Under the pieces are notes generated by a model, which saw only the letters and a list, made by a program, of their open reading frames with translations, made no database searches and was not told where the DNA came from. Below are positions 39,093 through 53,096 of a DNA stretch of 64,000 nucleotides, in pieces. The position numbers and the translations under genes are program-made. This DNA is from Syncephalis fuscata S228. Taxonomy: Eukaryota; Fungi; Zoopagomycota. Position 1 is the first letter of the stretch, and each line of letters opens with the position of its first letter. The stretch lies in contig JAHLTZ010000063.1 in NCBI GenBank assembly GCA_025786725.1, positions 1-64,000 on the forward strand. Direction: 5' to 3'.

Positions 39093-41962
39093 TTATGTAA
39101 TGTGTTGTTGCAGTAAATGGGATGGCACAGTTGTCACTTCACTTGTTATTGTTGTTAGTGTAGAAAGTGGCAATACTGGCTGTTGTTGTTGTTGTACTTT
39201 TTGTGCTAATAGTGGAGGTGAAAGAGGAGAGGGAGGAGAAGAGAAAATGGTACTAGTTGCAGTAGCTGTAGTAGTAGTAGTAGTAGTAGCTGTAGTTATG
39301 GTTGTTGGTGTTGTTACTACTTTGGGTGGTATTGGTGTTTCTTTACTATGTCCACTGCCATAACCTTCATCTTCTGTTGGTATAGCAATTACCTTTTCAG
39401 CTCTTAAATCACGCCAAATAGCTGCTAGATCACGCCGATTGGATGGTGAACTGGATAGAGCTGTTGTTGTTGTATTGGCAGAAGTAGTTAAAGAGTGATC
39501 CGATACATCTTGAACAGTTGTACTACTAGTTATAGCGTATTGGTTGTTAAAACAGAAGATATTGATGGTGCTGTTGTTGTTATTGTTGATTGTGGTGTAT
39601 TAACAATGCAAGATGGTGTAGTAGTAGTAGCAATAGTAGTAAATGTATTAGTGTTAGTATCTATTATGCTATTTTTTATTAATGCATTACTAATCATACT
39701 ATTACTAATACTATGGTCACTACTATTGTTACTATTACTGTTATTTAATAAAACTGTATCATCAAGAGGCGGTGTTGTAGCAGTGGCTGATAAACATTGA
39801 ACATCTTCTCGAGTCATAGGTGGTTCAGGTGAGGCCACTTTCCATAGACTGTTGCTTGTTGGTGTTTTAGCACTTGTACTTGTACTTGTACTTGTACTCG
39901 TCTCTACTTGTTCATCTTCATCTGGTTCACGGTCAAGACAAAATGAACTTAGTGATATTGGCTTTTCTTCACGACGTCGTCGAAGCATATCGATACTCAT
40001 TCGTTTACGTGAATGATTAGGCAGTCCTTGATGGCGTCGTTGTTGAATGTCGGCCAGTTCACGGGCAATAGTTACTTCAAGTCTACGCACCTTATCACGT
40101 AGATCGTCGTTAAGAAGTGCCGCTTCACGAAGACGATCTTCTTGAAAACGAACAATTTCCCGTAAAGCATGGGCTGTATTACGAGCATGTCCCAATTCTC
40201 GTTCCAACATTAAATTCTGTTGAGCAAGATATTGAGATCGAACACGAGCAAATCCATTTGAAGGGGCCCATGTAGACTCCATATCATCACTTGACATGTC
40301 CTCGTCTAATTGTCGAATAGATCTTGGTGAGTGTAATACAGCTTCTTCTTGAGACGACATATCATTGGTCGTTAATAGTTCGTCTGCTGTTTCAATGTCA
40401 TCTTGTTCTTTTAATAACAATAAAGATGGTGTTGTTGTTGTTTCCACCATTTCATCATCATTGTTATTGTTATTAATAATCACTGATAATGGTTTACGAA
40501 TAAGATGGCAATCATCGGTATCTACTTCTAAATTGCTATTCTCTTCTTCTTCTTCTTCTTCTTCGTTATTATTATTATCGCTAATAAATAAACCATTTTC
40601 TTCTTTTAAATGTTCATCTTCTTCATTATCGTCATCTTGTTTATCTTCATTGTCAGATGGCCATTCATGCACAAAGTTATGTTGCTGTTTTGTTGTCTTT
40701 AAAATATTACCCAATGAATTGGTACGATGACCAGCACTTCCTGCATTAATCAAGCTAGGTAATTCGGGCACATCATCATCTAATTCGGCTTCAATAATAG
40801 AATTGTCGTCATATTCAATGGAATCTTCTTCGTAATAATACAAATGCTCTTCATCTTCATAATCTTCCTCGTCTTCTTCATCATCATAATCGTCGTTGTC
40901 GCCTTCACAGCCACTGGCACACATTTCATTTTCATGTAGTTCCGAGTGCAGTAGATCATTTTGAGTGAGCTCTAAACGACTGGCGTTAATTGTGCTACAC
41001 TCAATGTCATTAGTATTCGCTTGGGCAGCGCAGAATGAAATGGCCGAGTCAGGTGGAGGTGTTGATGGATTATCGTTTAACGATAGTGTCAATAGCTCTT
41101 TAGTTAACTTTAATGGATCCATAGTATTAGTAATAGAAGATGGTTCAGTTAAAGAACGAGAATTGATAGAAAGTTCTTTGGCAAGTGGATGTGACAAATG
41201 ATGCGGCAATAATTGATCTGTCTTTGTTGTAGCGTTATTGTGTTTCTGCTTGTCTTCGTCATCACTACCATTGTACTCTTCTTCTATCACTCTTTCCACA
41301 GAATTGGTACGTTCTAGTAAATGACCAATACGTAAGGGAGAACATGGTCGATTGGTGGTTGAATCACTAATACGAGCATAGACAATTGAAGTGTCTTTTC
41401 GTCGTACATATGATTCACGATGGCTAGTCGTCGTGGTTCCACTAGAACCATTGGTCAAAGCGTGACCAAGTCCAAGGGCGTCCATGCCTTCAAGTTCATC
41501 AACAAGAATAGGTTCCATAGCTGGTGACATGATAGGCGACAGAACAGGTGATAATATGCTATTAGCCGTAGGTGTACCAGGTCGACTGCGACGATCTTCT
41601 GTGTCGCTTGATGCCGTGGTAGACGATGTGAACGAGTAGTCACTTTGAGCATTATCACGAAAAGTCGATCCATTGCCGCTTAGCAAGTCAAGTGCATTAC
41701 GATTCTTTCTACGCTTCTTTCTACGCTTACGCCGGGCCTGTTGGCTAGGCATTGGGCGGTCCGGTACGGAAGATGTACTGCCTGACAGCAAGTTAGATAA
41801 CGACGACATAAGCGACTCTGGTCGAGGTGGCCGTATCAACTCTGCCTGTTGTTGCCACGTATCTGGATTTACAGCCGTAACGGCAACTGTAGGTTGGGTA
41901 TTCACCATAACCGCTATTGATAGGCCTATATATCCGCCTTTATGCATAACAAATTGTGGCAT
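39093..41962 (-). CDS. Large acidic, disordered protein with basic NLS-like patch and central coiled coil; apparent frameshift near 39535
   Basis: 810-aa ORF with RRKRRKKRRKNR, D/E tracts and NLMLERELGHARNTAHALREIVRFQEDRL. A further T/P-rich open frame runs to stop 39093 in another phase. Confidence 0.75.
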
Positions 41963-44144
41963 GATTAGTTAAATAGATGCATTGATTTGTTTGTAAGTAG
42001 CTATTAATAAGAAGACTTGAATAGCTAGAGAGTGTAATAAAATAAAAGCTGGATAGTAGTAGCGCAATGAGTGTATTCAAGTCAAGTAATAAACAAAAAA
42101 GTGACTAGCTTAACTCTTGGCAGAGTTACAAGAAAGGTATCGATAATTAAAAGGATAGATATGAGAGAGTAGCGTTGAAACAGATGCGTATTGGTTACAA
42201 AGAAGCCGGCAACTGAGAAGACATCAATAGGAGCGGAATTTTGCTTCGGAGTTTACATAAATAATATCGGAGACTTACCGTTTCAATGGATTGAGAAAGA
42301 AAACAAACGCACTGTATGCTACAGTTGCGCGACTTGTATAGATGTGTGCGTGTATGTATGTATGTGCGTGTGTGCGTACGTGTGTATGCGTATTGGCACT
42401 ATAGCAATAGCGTGACCTTGATAGGCAATGTAGTTAGTAATTGTATAATATAGTTGATAGATGACTGCGTGCTATCGTGATTGTGTATTCAAAATTGTAT
42501 GGTGCGGAGTAAAGTGAAGAAGTAGAGGAGAAAGAGAGAAAGAGAGAAGTGTGCATACACGTGTATGTGCGTAGTGTATCAAAATCGCCCTTCTATAATC
42601 AAGCTATAGTATAGAAGCTGTTACTATGTATAGATATGCAGCAACAACAATAAAAACAACAATAAAAACAGTAAAAACAAACTAGTGTAAACAGCTTAAG
42701 ATGACCATATACAAGAGTGGAAATGGACGTGTAACAACTGTCGTCAATCAATCTCGCCCTCTATTAATACTATAGCCACGACTATGAACAGAATAATCTA
42801 GCATCATTGTAATGTGGTCACTTGATAAAGGCACGTGATTATAATGAGTTACTCGATCCATCTATAGATGCATATAACTACATATTTTGATCTAGCTTAT
42901 AGATTCATGTATCTAACATATCAATTCATATGACCCACTCCTACTACTATCATTATTATTACACTAGCACTAATAAGTAGTATCTATTTCTCTTTTTACC
43001 ACGCATTTATAAGTAGAGCACTTACTGAGTTGAGTTGAGTTATGGCTTAAAATGAAAAAGAAAGTGTCGCAACTCAGATACTAGGAGAGGAAATAACAAC
43101 AAATACTCGTCTTTGTGGAATCACTTTTACGGCAATACAATGACGACGACGACGACGACGACGATAATGCAACAATAACCGGAGATAACACTCGTTTTAT
43201 AGACGATCTGTAGTTTTTAATAGACAGTCAATGAATACACGCATACATAAGTGCGTATATATATATGTGTGTGTGTATATTTAAGTATGTATATATGCAC
43301 GCATATACACATTCATATATATATATATATATATATACGTATATTTACTATGACGCTATTTCTCGTCGTGTAGTTATCCGTGTAAGCAAAAGAGTCAAAA
43401 AGCAAGAAAAAGCAAAGAATGAACGTAACAAAGTAAAAGTGGAAGAAGAAGGAGTAGTAGGAGGTAAAGCGACAATGCCAACTATGCGTAGTGCGGTAGT
43501 GGTGCAAAGAGAAAGAAACAAGAGAGGAAGAGAGAGGAAAAGAAGAAAGAAATACGAGCATTCAAAAAGAAAGAAGAGAAGTGAGCAAATGTGACCGGCG
43601 ATACAAAACACCGCCTACACACAAATACAAACCATTTACGTATATTTACGTATCTATTCATAATCCATTTACGAACTATACCAACACTACTGTATCATAA
43701 ACTAATCCTTATTAGTCATACAGCTATGATAATAATCATCGTCATTTCTTATTTAAGGGGTTAATACTTCTATTGTATATGTAGGTGATCATAGGCGTAC
43801 TACATCTATTCATCTATCCATTATAATGAACACTGCAGATCAAGGATACCAAATAATAAATATATATAATTATATAACTTGGCACTTAATTAGCACATAA
43901 TACATAAATACATTAATTATTAGTAGAATTACTAAAGTTATTAACACTATTCTATCTAGCCTAGTCTAGTCTACTGCTTTAATTCATGTTTTTTATTTCT
44001 CTTATGATTTGTCATAATAATAATAATAAACCATAACAATGATGTCATTTCTCTATGGCTTGTCCTTTTGTCGATACTTGTACACTCGAGAGTAGACATG
44101 CGTAGTAATACGACAAATAAACTAGCCAGTAAACATCATAATTA

Positions 44145-47100
44145 TTAAGATGATGCTGTGGCAGTAATTTCTACTGATGCTGCTTTTTCAGCACTGGCAA
44201 CAGCCGGCGCCGCTTTTCCAGCCGGTGCTCCTCCACGTTTAGCTTTCGTCTTTTTGGCCGCAGTTGATTCGGCGCTTGATCCACTACCGCCACCATATTT
44301 GACCTTCCAGGCTACTTCTTGTTTCGGTTCAATGCGTTGGAATAGATATTCGGTTCACCAATACGATGACCCGGCAATAGATCCATCGTCCATTGATCGG
44401 CCAATTGACGGGGTGGTGCATTCAATTGGCGCCAAATAGCCTCACTCGTCGATGGCATAAAGGGGAAGAAGAGGGAAGCAAGCAAATAGACTAAATTGGC
44501 CGCTACACCCACTACTGTATCACATCGTGTACGTTGATCGGCATACAATGCATTATCTAAGCGCTGGTCTTGCAAGTATTGATTGCCACGGGCTGACACT
44601 TCCATAGCAATACGAAGAGCGGCACGAATCTTTACTTGTTTCAATGCATCGATATACTGGCCTACAAGCGCTTGAATATCCGCCACCATCTTTTCTTGCT
44701 CAACATCCGACTCAATAGAAATGGCTGGCAATACTGAATTATACTTGGGCGAGTCCAAGAATCGAATAACTCTGTTACAGAAATTACCAACATTGGCCAA
44801 TAGTTCATTATTATTCTTGGCAATCATTTCTTTCCACGTAAAGATACTGTCATTTGTTTCAGGTCGTGAGCTGAGTAGATAATAACGCCATACAGAAGGT
44901 GGCACACCCGTCTCTTGAGCATTATCGCCAAATACACCAATATTACGACTCTTGGAAAACTTTGTATCCTCATAATTCAAGTATTCTATCCTATAATTAG
45001 ATATATATATAGCATTTATATCAACTAACCTGTAGTACTTAGATGATGTAATAGAGTCCATGGATCATTAGTACCCATTAAACATGAAGGGAATATAACT
45101 GTATGGAATGGCACATTGTCCTTGCCCATGAATTGATACAATTTAACTTCATCTGGATTCTTCCACCACTTCTCCCAATCAGGTGTGTAGTTGGCCGTAA
45201 TAGATGGATAGCCAATAGGAGCATCATACCACACATAGAACACTTTATCTTCCATACCCTCATATGGAACAGGTGTGCCCCATTTAAGATCACGGGTAAT
45301 ACAACGTGGCTTTAAACCTTCATTTAACCAGGATGCGGTAATAGTGCGACCATTGGATGTCCAATTACCTATTGTTTAATAAATGATATAATAAGTTATA
45401 ATAGCCATATATTTATATTTATATTTATATTTATATATACCTTTGATACTTGATTCTTTAAAAAAGGCTTCACAAGCAGGTTGTAATTTTGGTAAATCAA
45501 CAAATATATGTTTTGAATCACGAGTCACTGGTGCATTGCCATCAAGTTTGCATCGTGGCTTGATTAGTTCATGAGCATTTAATAGCTGACCACATCCATC
45601 ACATTGATCACCACGGGCATCCTATAACAAACATTCAATTATATAAGATACTATAAATACACATTACTGCTATACTTACATCATAGCCACACTTGGGACA
45701 GGTGCCTTCAACATATCGATCAGCCAAAAAGCTATAATAGAATAAAATAGAATACAATTAATTAATATGTACTAATAGATTATACGAATATTGACTTACC
45801 GATGACATTGTTCACAGTACAACTGTGTCATGCTTTCAATCAATGTATATTCATTCTTAACTAATCCTTTAAAAATATCTTGGGCAATACTATATATGTA
45901 TATATGCTAATTAGTTATTTCTATTGTATATAGCTACTTTTAACTTGCACTGTTTGTTGTGGTGTTGTTGTACGGCCAAAGTAGTCAAAATCAATTTCAA
46001 ACCATTTATAGACATCACTATGTAGTTTATGGAATTTATCACATAGTTCTTGACAGGTAACGCCTTCTTCAAGTGCCTTTGTTTCAGTGGCTGTACCATA
46101 CTCATCTGTGCCACAGATATACAATGAATTGATACCACGAATACGGCAGAATCTATAATGTCAGCGATTAGAACGATTAATAATTATAGCGTTACTATGA
46201 ATAATCAATACATACCGAGAATAGACATCAGCACTAAGAACAGCACCAATAATATTGCCCAAATGTGGAACATTATTGACGTATGGAAGAGCACTAGTAA
46301 TAAGAACATTTTCTTGACCAGGAATTGGCAGTCTAAATTAATTAATTAATAATATTATAAAATATTTAATAGCAACTTACTTGATTTGATCGTGGCTCAA
46401 TGAAATGCTGTAATTAGTATTAATTTTACGATGAGATTCATTGGCTATAATCTTTGGTGGTGCTACGTTAACCTATAGATATGATTGTATACACGTATAT
46501 ATATATATTAATATCTTTATTAGTAATAATTGATATACTATTTACCTTGGCAGTTAATGTTTCAATTGCTTTTGCAATAGTTGGTAACTGGCTTAATTGA
46601 GCAATTCTCTTGGATAGAATAGGATATGTATCGCGCACATCACTATCAACAGCAGACCACCATGGATAGAAGCGAGCAAATAGAATAACATCAACAGCTC
46701 TCAATGTACCATTCTATCACCATGTTAATCATTATGTATTAATTCATGTTCATTATATTAATTACCTCTGTATTCTGTCCAAGTGATTCAACAAAGGTGG
46801 ATGCCTTGTTTAATTCATCAGATGAGAAAGTAGGTGGATTATGATACGGCAATGTCTCCTCCCATTCAATCATTTCATTGTGTGTCAATTCACCGGTGGC
46901 TGATTGACCCAAAAAAAATCTAATTATTACAATTAATATAAATTACTTTATACAAATGATATAATTACCGAACAGCTGCATTAGGTACAAAGAATGGATG
47001 TGCTACACCATTCACGTGTAATAGAGGTACTTTGCCATCTATATTAAATAACAGATTAGATTGATCATATTACTTTTAATTATATTTACACTTACTGTTC

Positions 47101-47240
47101 TCGTCAATCGTAATATTGGCATTGCTAACAATAGTAGCTATAAAAAACTTTAATTGAGCAATGTGGGCCGGTGAATTGTAGACAGCCGGTACTGTCGTAA
47201 GGATCGACGAAATAGACGACGATGGTGCGGCAGTAGCCAT
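44145..47240 (-). CDS. MES1: Cytosolic methionyl-tRNA synthetase with N-terminal GST-like extension; apparent frameshift near 44350
   Basis: [19 protein letters not shown] (HIGH), [13 protein letters not shown], Zn knuckle, [36 protein letters not shown] (KMSKS), anticodon domain. Confidence 0.96.
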
Positions 47241-47652
47241 AGATCTTGCTGTTTTATTGTAGTTTCGTGCACGTTATATATATATATATATATATCAATA
47301 TACGTTGCTATAAAATAGACACAAGCCTAGTTGGTTAATGCGTCGGTTGGTTGGTTGGTTAACTAGAATCAATGCCAATAGCAAAAAAACGAGAGAGTGA
47401 GAGAGATAAGAGGAAGAGAAAACGTCAAAGGCTCGAGAACGAGAACTAGTGTAGCGGTGTTTAATTAACTATAACTAACTAATTATTACACATTTTTTAT
47501 TTATAATAAAAAGTGGGCACATCACTCAATGTCAGCGTGGCGTCATTTTTTCTTTAGATGTCACGTTGATCGATCTACTATATCTGTCTTTTTTATCAGC
47601 TAGTTTATTAGTGAATACTATTATTATTATTATTAAGTAGTATTGATACAAT

Positions 47653-48517
47653 ATGGTACAAAGTTGGAATCCCGCGGGGATTCAACAAGCATTCCGCTTA
47701 TTAATACGGCCTCAATGGACTGTACCTCATTTGCTAGTGAATGGTAAATATAATGTGTATTAATTATTATACTAATTAATTAACTATACTAGATATCAGA
47801 GGTATTGATTTTAATCAATTGTATCAAAGTGGTATACGTGGTGTTGCTTTTGACAAAGATAATTGTCTAACTAGACCTTATGAAGATAAATTGGCTGATG
47901 AATTACAAGTAAGCTGTAGTAACTATCTAATATTGTAGTATTGATTAAATGTATTATTAGGAAGCATGGCAACAATGCCAAACTACATTTTCAAATCATA
48001 TTTGTATTGTCTCCAATTCAGCTGGTACGCTCGATGATCATGAATATCAACAGGTAGATAGCAAATAATATAACAATAAATAGCCGTATAATTAATTTAA
48101 ATAGGCAAAGAAAGTTGAAAAAGATTTAGGTGTGCCTGTATTACGACACCAACAAAAGGTAAATAGATATATGACTAAAAGGCGCAATATTAATTATTAA
48201 TGGCAGAAACCGGCCTGTGCCCAAGAGCTTTGTCAGTACTTTGCTCGTCTTAATGTACAGCCCTCAGAGATTGCCATGATAGGCGATCGCATACTTACTG
48301 ATGTTGTCTATGGTCATCGAGTGGGTGCATTTACAATACTTTGTCGAAAAGTGCTAGGAGAGAATGGAGATAATTGGGCTGCTAAACATGTAAGTTGTAT
48401 AGTTATTTATTATATTTACACTTGCTAATACATTTATAGCTGAGACGTCTTGAACATCAATGGCTTGATTTAGTATGGCCAACAGATCGTAATTCGATTA
48501 CAATTCCAAGTGGATAG
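47653..48517 (+). CDS. GEP4: Mitochondrial phosphatidylglycerophosphatase (HAD family)
   Basis: MVQSWN...PHLLVN|DIRGIDF...AFDKDNCLT, IVSNSAG, VPVLRH..K|KP, MIGDRILTDV. The true end may be 48603 if a base is missing near 48497. Confidence 0.9.
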
Positions 48518-48709
48518 AACTAGCCAATAGTCATTGCCGTATTGTGCCACCTGAACATCCAGTGATGCGCCAATTATTAAAACATTCATTTAATATTAAA
48601 TAATCCATATAAATATATAATAAATATTTATTAGGTGATTTGCTAGTAAGCATCCATGATGAATAGATGTTAATGTAATAGCATGAATAAATACACAATG
48701 TCATAATGA

Positions 48710-51175
48710 TTACAATTGATGGGCAAGCTGTTGATCCAATACGCGTGCTGCATGTTCCACGTCGGTCTCTGCACCAAGTATATTAATGACTGAGGCCATC
48801 TCACGAGCTACAATAAATGTACGAGCAATAAGTGCCGGGGCCATCGATTGATTCGAGCTATTTCCCGTGACTGTTGTTAACATTTCCAGGCATTTTACTA
48901 GTGTACCGGCCAGTCTATCGGTGTCCTGAAGCAGTGCATTTCGCCATTGAATAAGTTCAATTAAGAATTGACGGAGATAAATGCCATGCGATCGCATCGT
49001 TAGACTATTCAATAAAGCAATGGCCAATGCAGGATGAGCACGTATTTCCGGTGACGCTACTCGACAAATATCGAGTGCATCTTTTGGATGACCGCAAAGT
49101 GCCCTTACTATTGCTAGCACCGTTTCTTGTGGTGTATTATCTAAACGATCAGGATTGATATGTAATTCAGCAAATGACGCTTTAAATAATTGAGTATTAC
49201 GTGCAGCCGTCTTTGGCAAATCTTGCGATTGCCATGTATTAATGCCGGCAATAACTCGTAGCCCTTGTACATCATTGACTCGTCCCAAAGCGGCAATCAT
49301 GTTAAAGCAAAATCCCGTGGTATCAATGTTTGAATAGACATGTTATCTGCCGCAACTTGAAGGCATTTACTCGTTGTTTCATTAGAATAAGCCACGTACT
49401 CCATAGACGGGCACGATGTCGATGCATTGCATAGGCAATCTCCTTGCGGTTAATAATAATACCATCGATGGACCAATGGGCCGGCCATCGACCAAATGCA
49501 TATAAAAGTGCTTGTACATCGGCTCGTGTCCATAATTCGCCCAAGCCCATTAGACGAGTGGCCATAGAACGTGCACCAATAACGTTTGATTTGTAGGCAT
49601 AAGCGCAAAGCATAGTGCGATAAGCATCTGGTGAAGCCACACCACGCTTTTCAAATCGTCCTAGCATTGTTTGCCAATAAGCCATAACATCTCGCCAATC
49701 ATTGCTTGCTTTAGGTATTGCTACTTATTGGCCATTGATACACGAATACATGCCTTTAAGAATAAACGCTGTATGGCTGGATTCTTTGTAGGTGCGTTGT
49801 AGAATCTCTTTCCAATAAAGCTCCAACGCTTCAAGTGTAGTTGTTTGCCGTAGTAAAGGAGCAAATGTAGTGGCATTAGCCAATGTGCATCAAAAGGACC
49901 TGCCAGTTGATCTAGCATCTTGAGCAATTGTTGAACACGTACTTCATAGCCAGATTCTAATGGCTGTTGTGCTGCTATTAATGCATTAATTGGCGCTGAC
50001 CTAGGCTGATAGCCAGCGGCAATCATACGCTGTAAATAGCTAAATGCAATAGCTTGTCGATTGGACCGTGCATTGGCCACTATAGCCATGTTAAACACTT
50101 TCATGCTTAGTATTGCACCTGCTGCTTCAACTACTTGAAAGACTAGAGACATTAGTTAGTAAAATATTGTAGTATTGCTCATTCAGCTTCTCACCTGTCT
50201 CTGCTTGATCTAATCGACGGCGACGATACAGTATAAGGACCATTTGTGTGTAGGCTTCTACGGCTTTATGCTGCAAAAGTATATCACCTGCATGTTTGTG
50301 ATGTCGTGCAAATACTGACTCTGCCAAATCAACGCGATTGAGTCTGTCACATGCACACATTAATTGCGATACAAGACGACCAAATAATAAAGGCTGATTG
50401 GCATATTGTTCTCTAAGTTCGCTGTAGATTGTATCTATCATCCGAGTTTGTAAATCTGACGAACTAACATGGCGTAGTAATTCACAGGCTTGATTTAGAG
50501 TGGTAAATGCCTAAACAACATTTAATACAAAGTATTAGCAGACTAATACGACAACGATTTTGCTTAATAGTTACCTGTTGTGCTTCTGTAGGCAGGCGTA
50601 TTGATTTAGATCCTTCTGCTGAGCTTTTTATAGTAGATGCCAATTCTTTTTCTGCTTGATGCTGTCGTAAACGATTCGATAGACGTGATTCTTGATTAGC
50701 AGCTTTTGTTTTTGGTTTTGTTCGTAATGATATATTGGCTTTTTTTTTTGTAAATTTGCCATAGACTGCAGTGACTGAATGATGATATATGGATGGTTCC
50801 CATTTTGCATTAATGGGCAGCGATAAAGGAAATACTGAAAAAGAGTGCTGAGATGTTTGTGCTTGGTTCTTGTCAGTTGACTGCTTGAAAGTAGAAAAAG
50901 TAGAAGTAGAAGTAGAAGTAGAAGCAGGTAGAAGCAGTGGTAGAAGCAGTATTAGATTCATTGTCCAAGATCGTAGTTGGATCTTGTTTGTTAGCATAAA
51001 GCGAATTGGTATTAGTGCCAGGAGCAGCCAATGGTTTGCCGGAAACAAGTGATCGACGCGTCAGTTGTAGTGTTGCTCGCAAGACAAAATTGGTTGGATT
51101 ACCAGACGATATGCTGATCATCGTAGGTGGTCGACTGTGCAGCAAGCATACATACGGCCTCCAACTACGCGTCAT
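48710..51175 (-). CDS. Pentatricopeptide-repeat (PPR)-like mitochondrial protein; fragmented by introns and frameshifts
   Basis: Presequence-like start, plus helical repeats such as VFNMAIVANARSNRQAIAFSYLQRMIAAGYQPRSAPINALIAA, AYRTMLCAYA and MIAALGR in consecutive ORFs on one strand. Confidence 0.65.
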
Positions 51176-51699
51176 TCTAGGTGATATTGAGCCGTATAGG
51201 CAATATAATCAACAAGAAAAGAAAAGAGATTGCTGAGAAAGAATAGTTTGGTTGTATTAATTTGAATAAATATTAATGGTGCAGTTTAATATGATCAACA
51301 TCAAAGATCTACAATGTAAATGGATCGATCAATTTAACATTATTTCAATTTACTTTCTATTCATATTGAGTATTTTGTTACAAGTCAAGGCTTTAAAGTT
51401 ATTTATTATTTTACATTGCGCACTATATATTTATTAATATACAATAAAATAATTGAATTGCATACTATGATTGATATAAAGCAACAGGTTAATGTAACAA
51501 CAACAACACCAAATGGAAATAATACATGACTGATTATGAATACTTTAAACAAACATCACATTATAACTCTATGCTAAAGTTGTAATAGAAAAGTATTAAT
51601 AAAACAACAGTTTAATAGATTGTTAAACATCAAATAGTTTATTGAATAAAGGCCTTGTGAAAGCATAATACAGCGCTAGACTGTAATGAGCTATCATAC

Positions 51700-53096
51700 T
51701 TAGAGCTTGGAATTGGATGGCATGGTGGGTACTGGATTGAATATGCTCAGAGTTGCTCTGTAGTTCTTGGCAACCTCTTCTGTCGAAGGGCGCTGTCCAA
51801 TATTGGGATTAAGCATAGTGTTCATAACGGCAATAAGCGGTCTCAATAATGTTCGGGCATTGGCAACCATAGCATCGTAATTCCGCTTGGCACTGTTGTA
51901 AATAACTTGTTGGCTCGAGTCTTTTGCAAGAGATTTAGCCTTACTCATCTCTGTTCGAAGAGAGACAAGTTCCGGCGATTTAAAAAAGTTATCAGGGAGT
52001 GTTGCTTTGGGATTATAATTGCGTTGGCATCTTGTTCAGATAGCATCTTGTATAGCACAGCACCAGTGGCCCAAGCAAGTTTCTTGGTGATAATGTCTTT
52101 TTGTCTCCTTCAACAAGGAAGCCAGGTGTTGCTACATCTTGTATATTTGTCGTTGCTGGAAAGACATACATCGATGCCTCTAGCTTTCCATACTTGTCAG
52201 TATTTAAGCAAATGTCTAAATAACCAGTTAGTTTAATAGGTATGTGCTGTAGTAATGAATAGTAATCAGTTACTTACAATCTGGACCAAAGTTTTTATAC
52301 AAAAGACCTGCATTTCGCATAAAATTTATGCCTATACGTTGATGATTAGAATTGAATAACAACAATAGCAATAATAACAATGGCAATCAAAGCATTACTT
52401 ACCTTGAACAACTTGACCAAATAATGGTCCTAGCTTGTTTGCCTTTTCTTCAATCGACAATCTATTAGTGTAGTCCATGAGTTTGTGGACGCAAGTGTTT
52501 TTTGTAACAAAACATTGGTGAGATTTTTTTGGAGTATCGGTAGTGAGAAGTAGTCCGCTAATGAACTTCAAACCATTAAGATCAATGTTTCTAACGCGAA
52601 TTGATGGATCTACTGGCTTGCCGTTTTTAACATTCTGATAATTGCCCACTCTCTATATTTGCAAGATTAGATGGCGTGACTAGTGACATTAAAATCTACC
52701 TTTGCAACTATGTAACGGTTTGGTACTGTTTTCATTCCAGTAGGCACACATCGGATTTCACCTTTAACTCCATTATATACTGCTTCTGCGCCAGGTATGC
52801 CAAATTCATCAACAGGTAGACGTTTAGTGATTTGTAGCTCAGAATTGCCAAAAACATTAGGCGTGTTAAATTGGACTGAGGTAAATGGATCTGCGACTAG
52901 CACAATATTTATTAGTTAGCTGATATCAATGTAGCCTTGGTCAGCTATACTTACCGTCATCGTTAGTAATAGCACCAGACTTGGGTGTATTGGTTGTGGA
53001 TATAGGGTTGGTTGTGGCCACTTGTAGACCGTCAGTTAGGCCTGCAAGGCATATGGCCGCAACAATAGAGAGAAGCGTAATGTTTTTGGTAGTCAT
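51700..53096 (-). CDS. Secreted protein-kinase-fold pseudokinase (signal peptide + degenerate kinase domain), 5 exons, two apparent frameshifts
   Basis: Signal peptide MTTKNITLLSIVAAICLAGLTDG. Kinase-like segments: LFGQVVQG|INFMRNAGLLYKNFGPD|YICL (VIa/VIb), MYVFP (VII position), KLAWATGAVLYKMLS (IX), LIAVMNTMLNPNIGQRPS (XI). Confidence 0.7.

Noticed and set aside
43265-43611. Overlapping K/R-rich and F/S-rich ORFs
   Set aside because: They derive from purine-rich and (AT)n simple sequence upstream of the 42-kb gene.
52650-52700. Apparent stop/frameshift in the pseudokinase at 52667
   Set aside because: Explained by a normal intron (GTAGAT...CTAAT...TAG) joining YIVAK to RVGNY.
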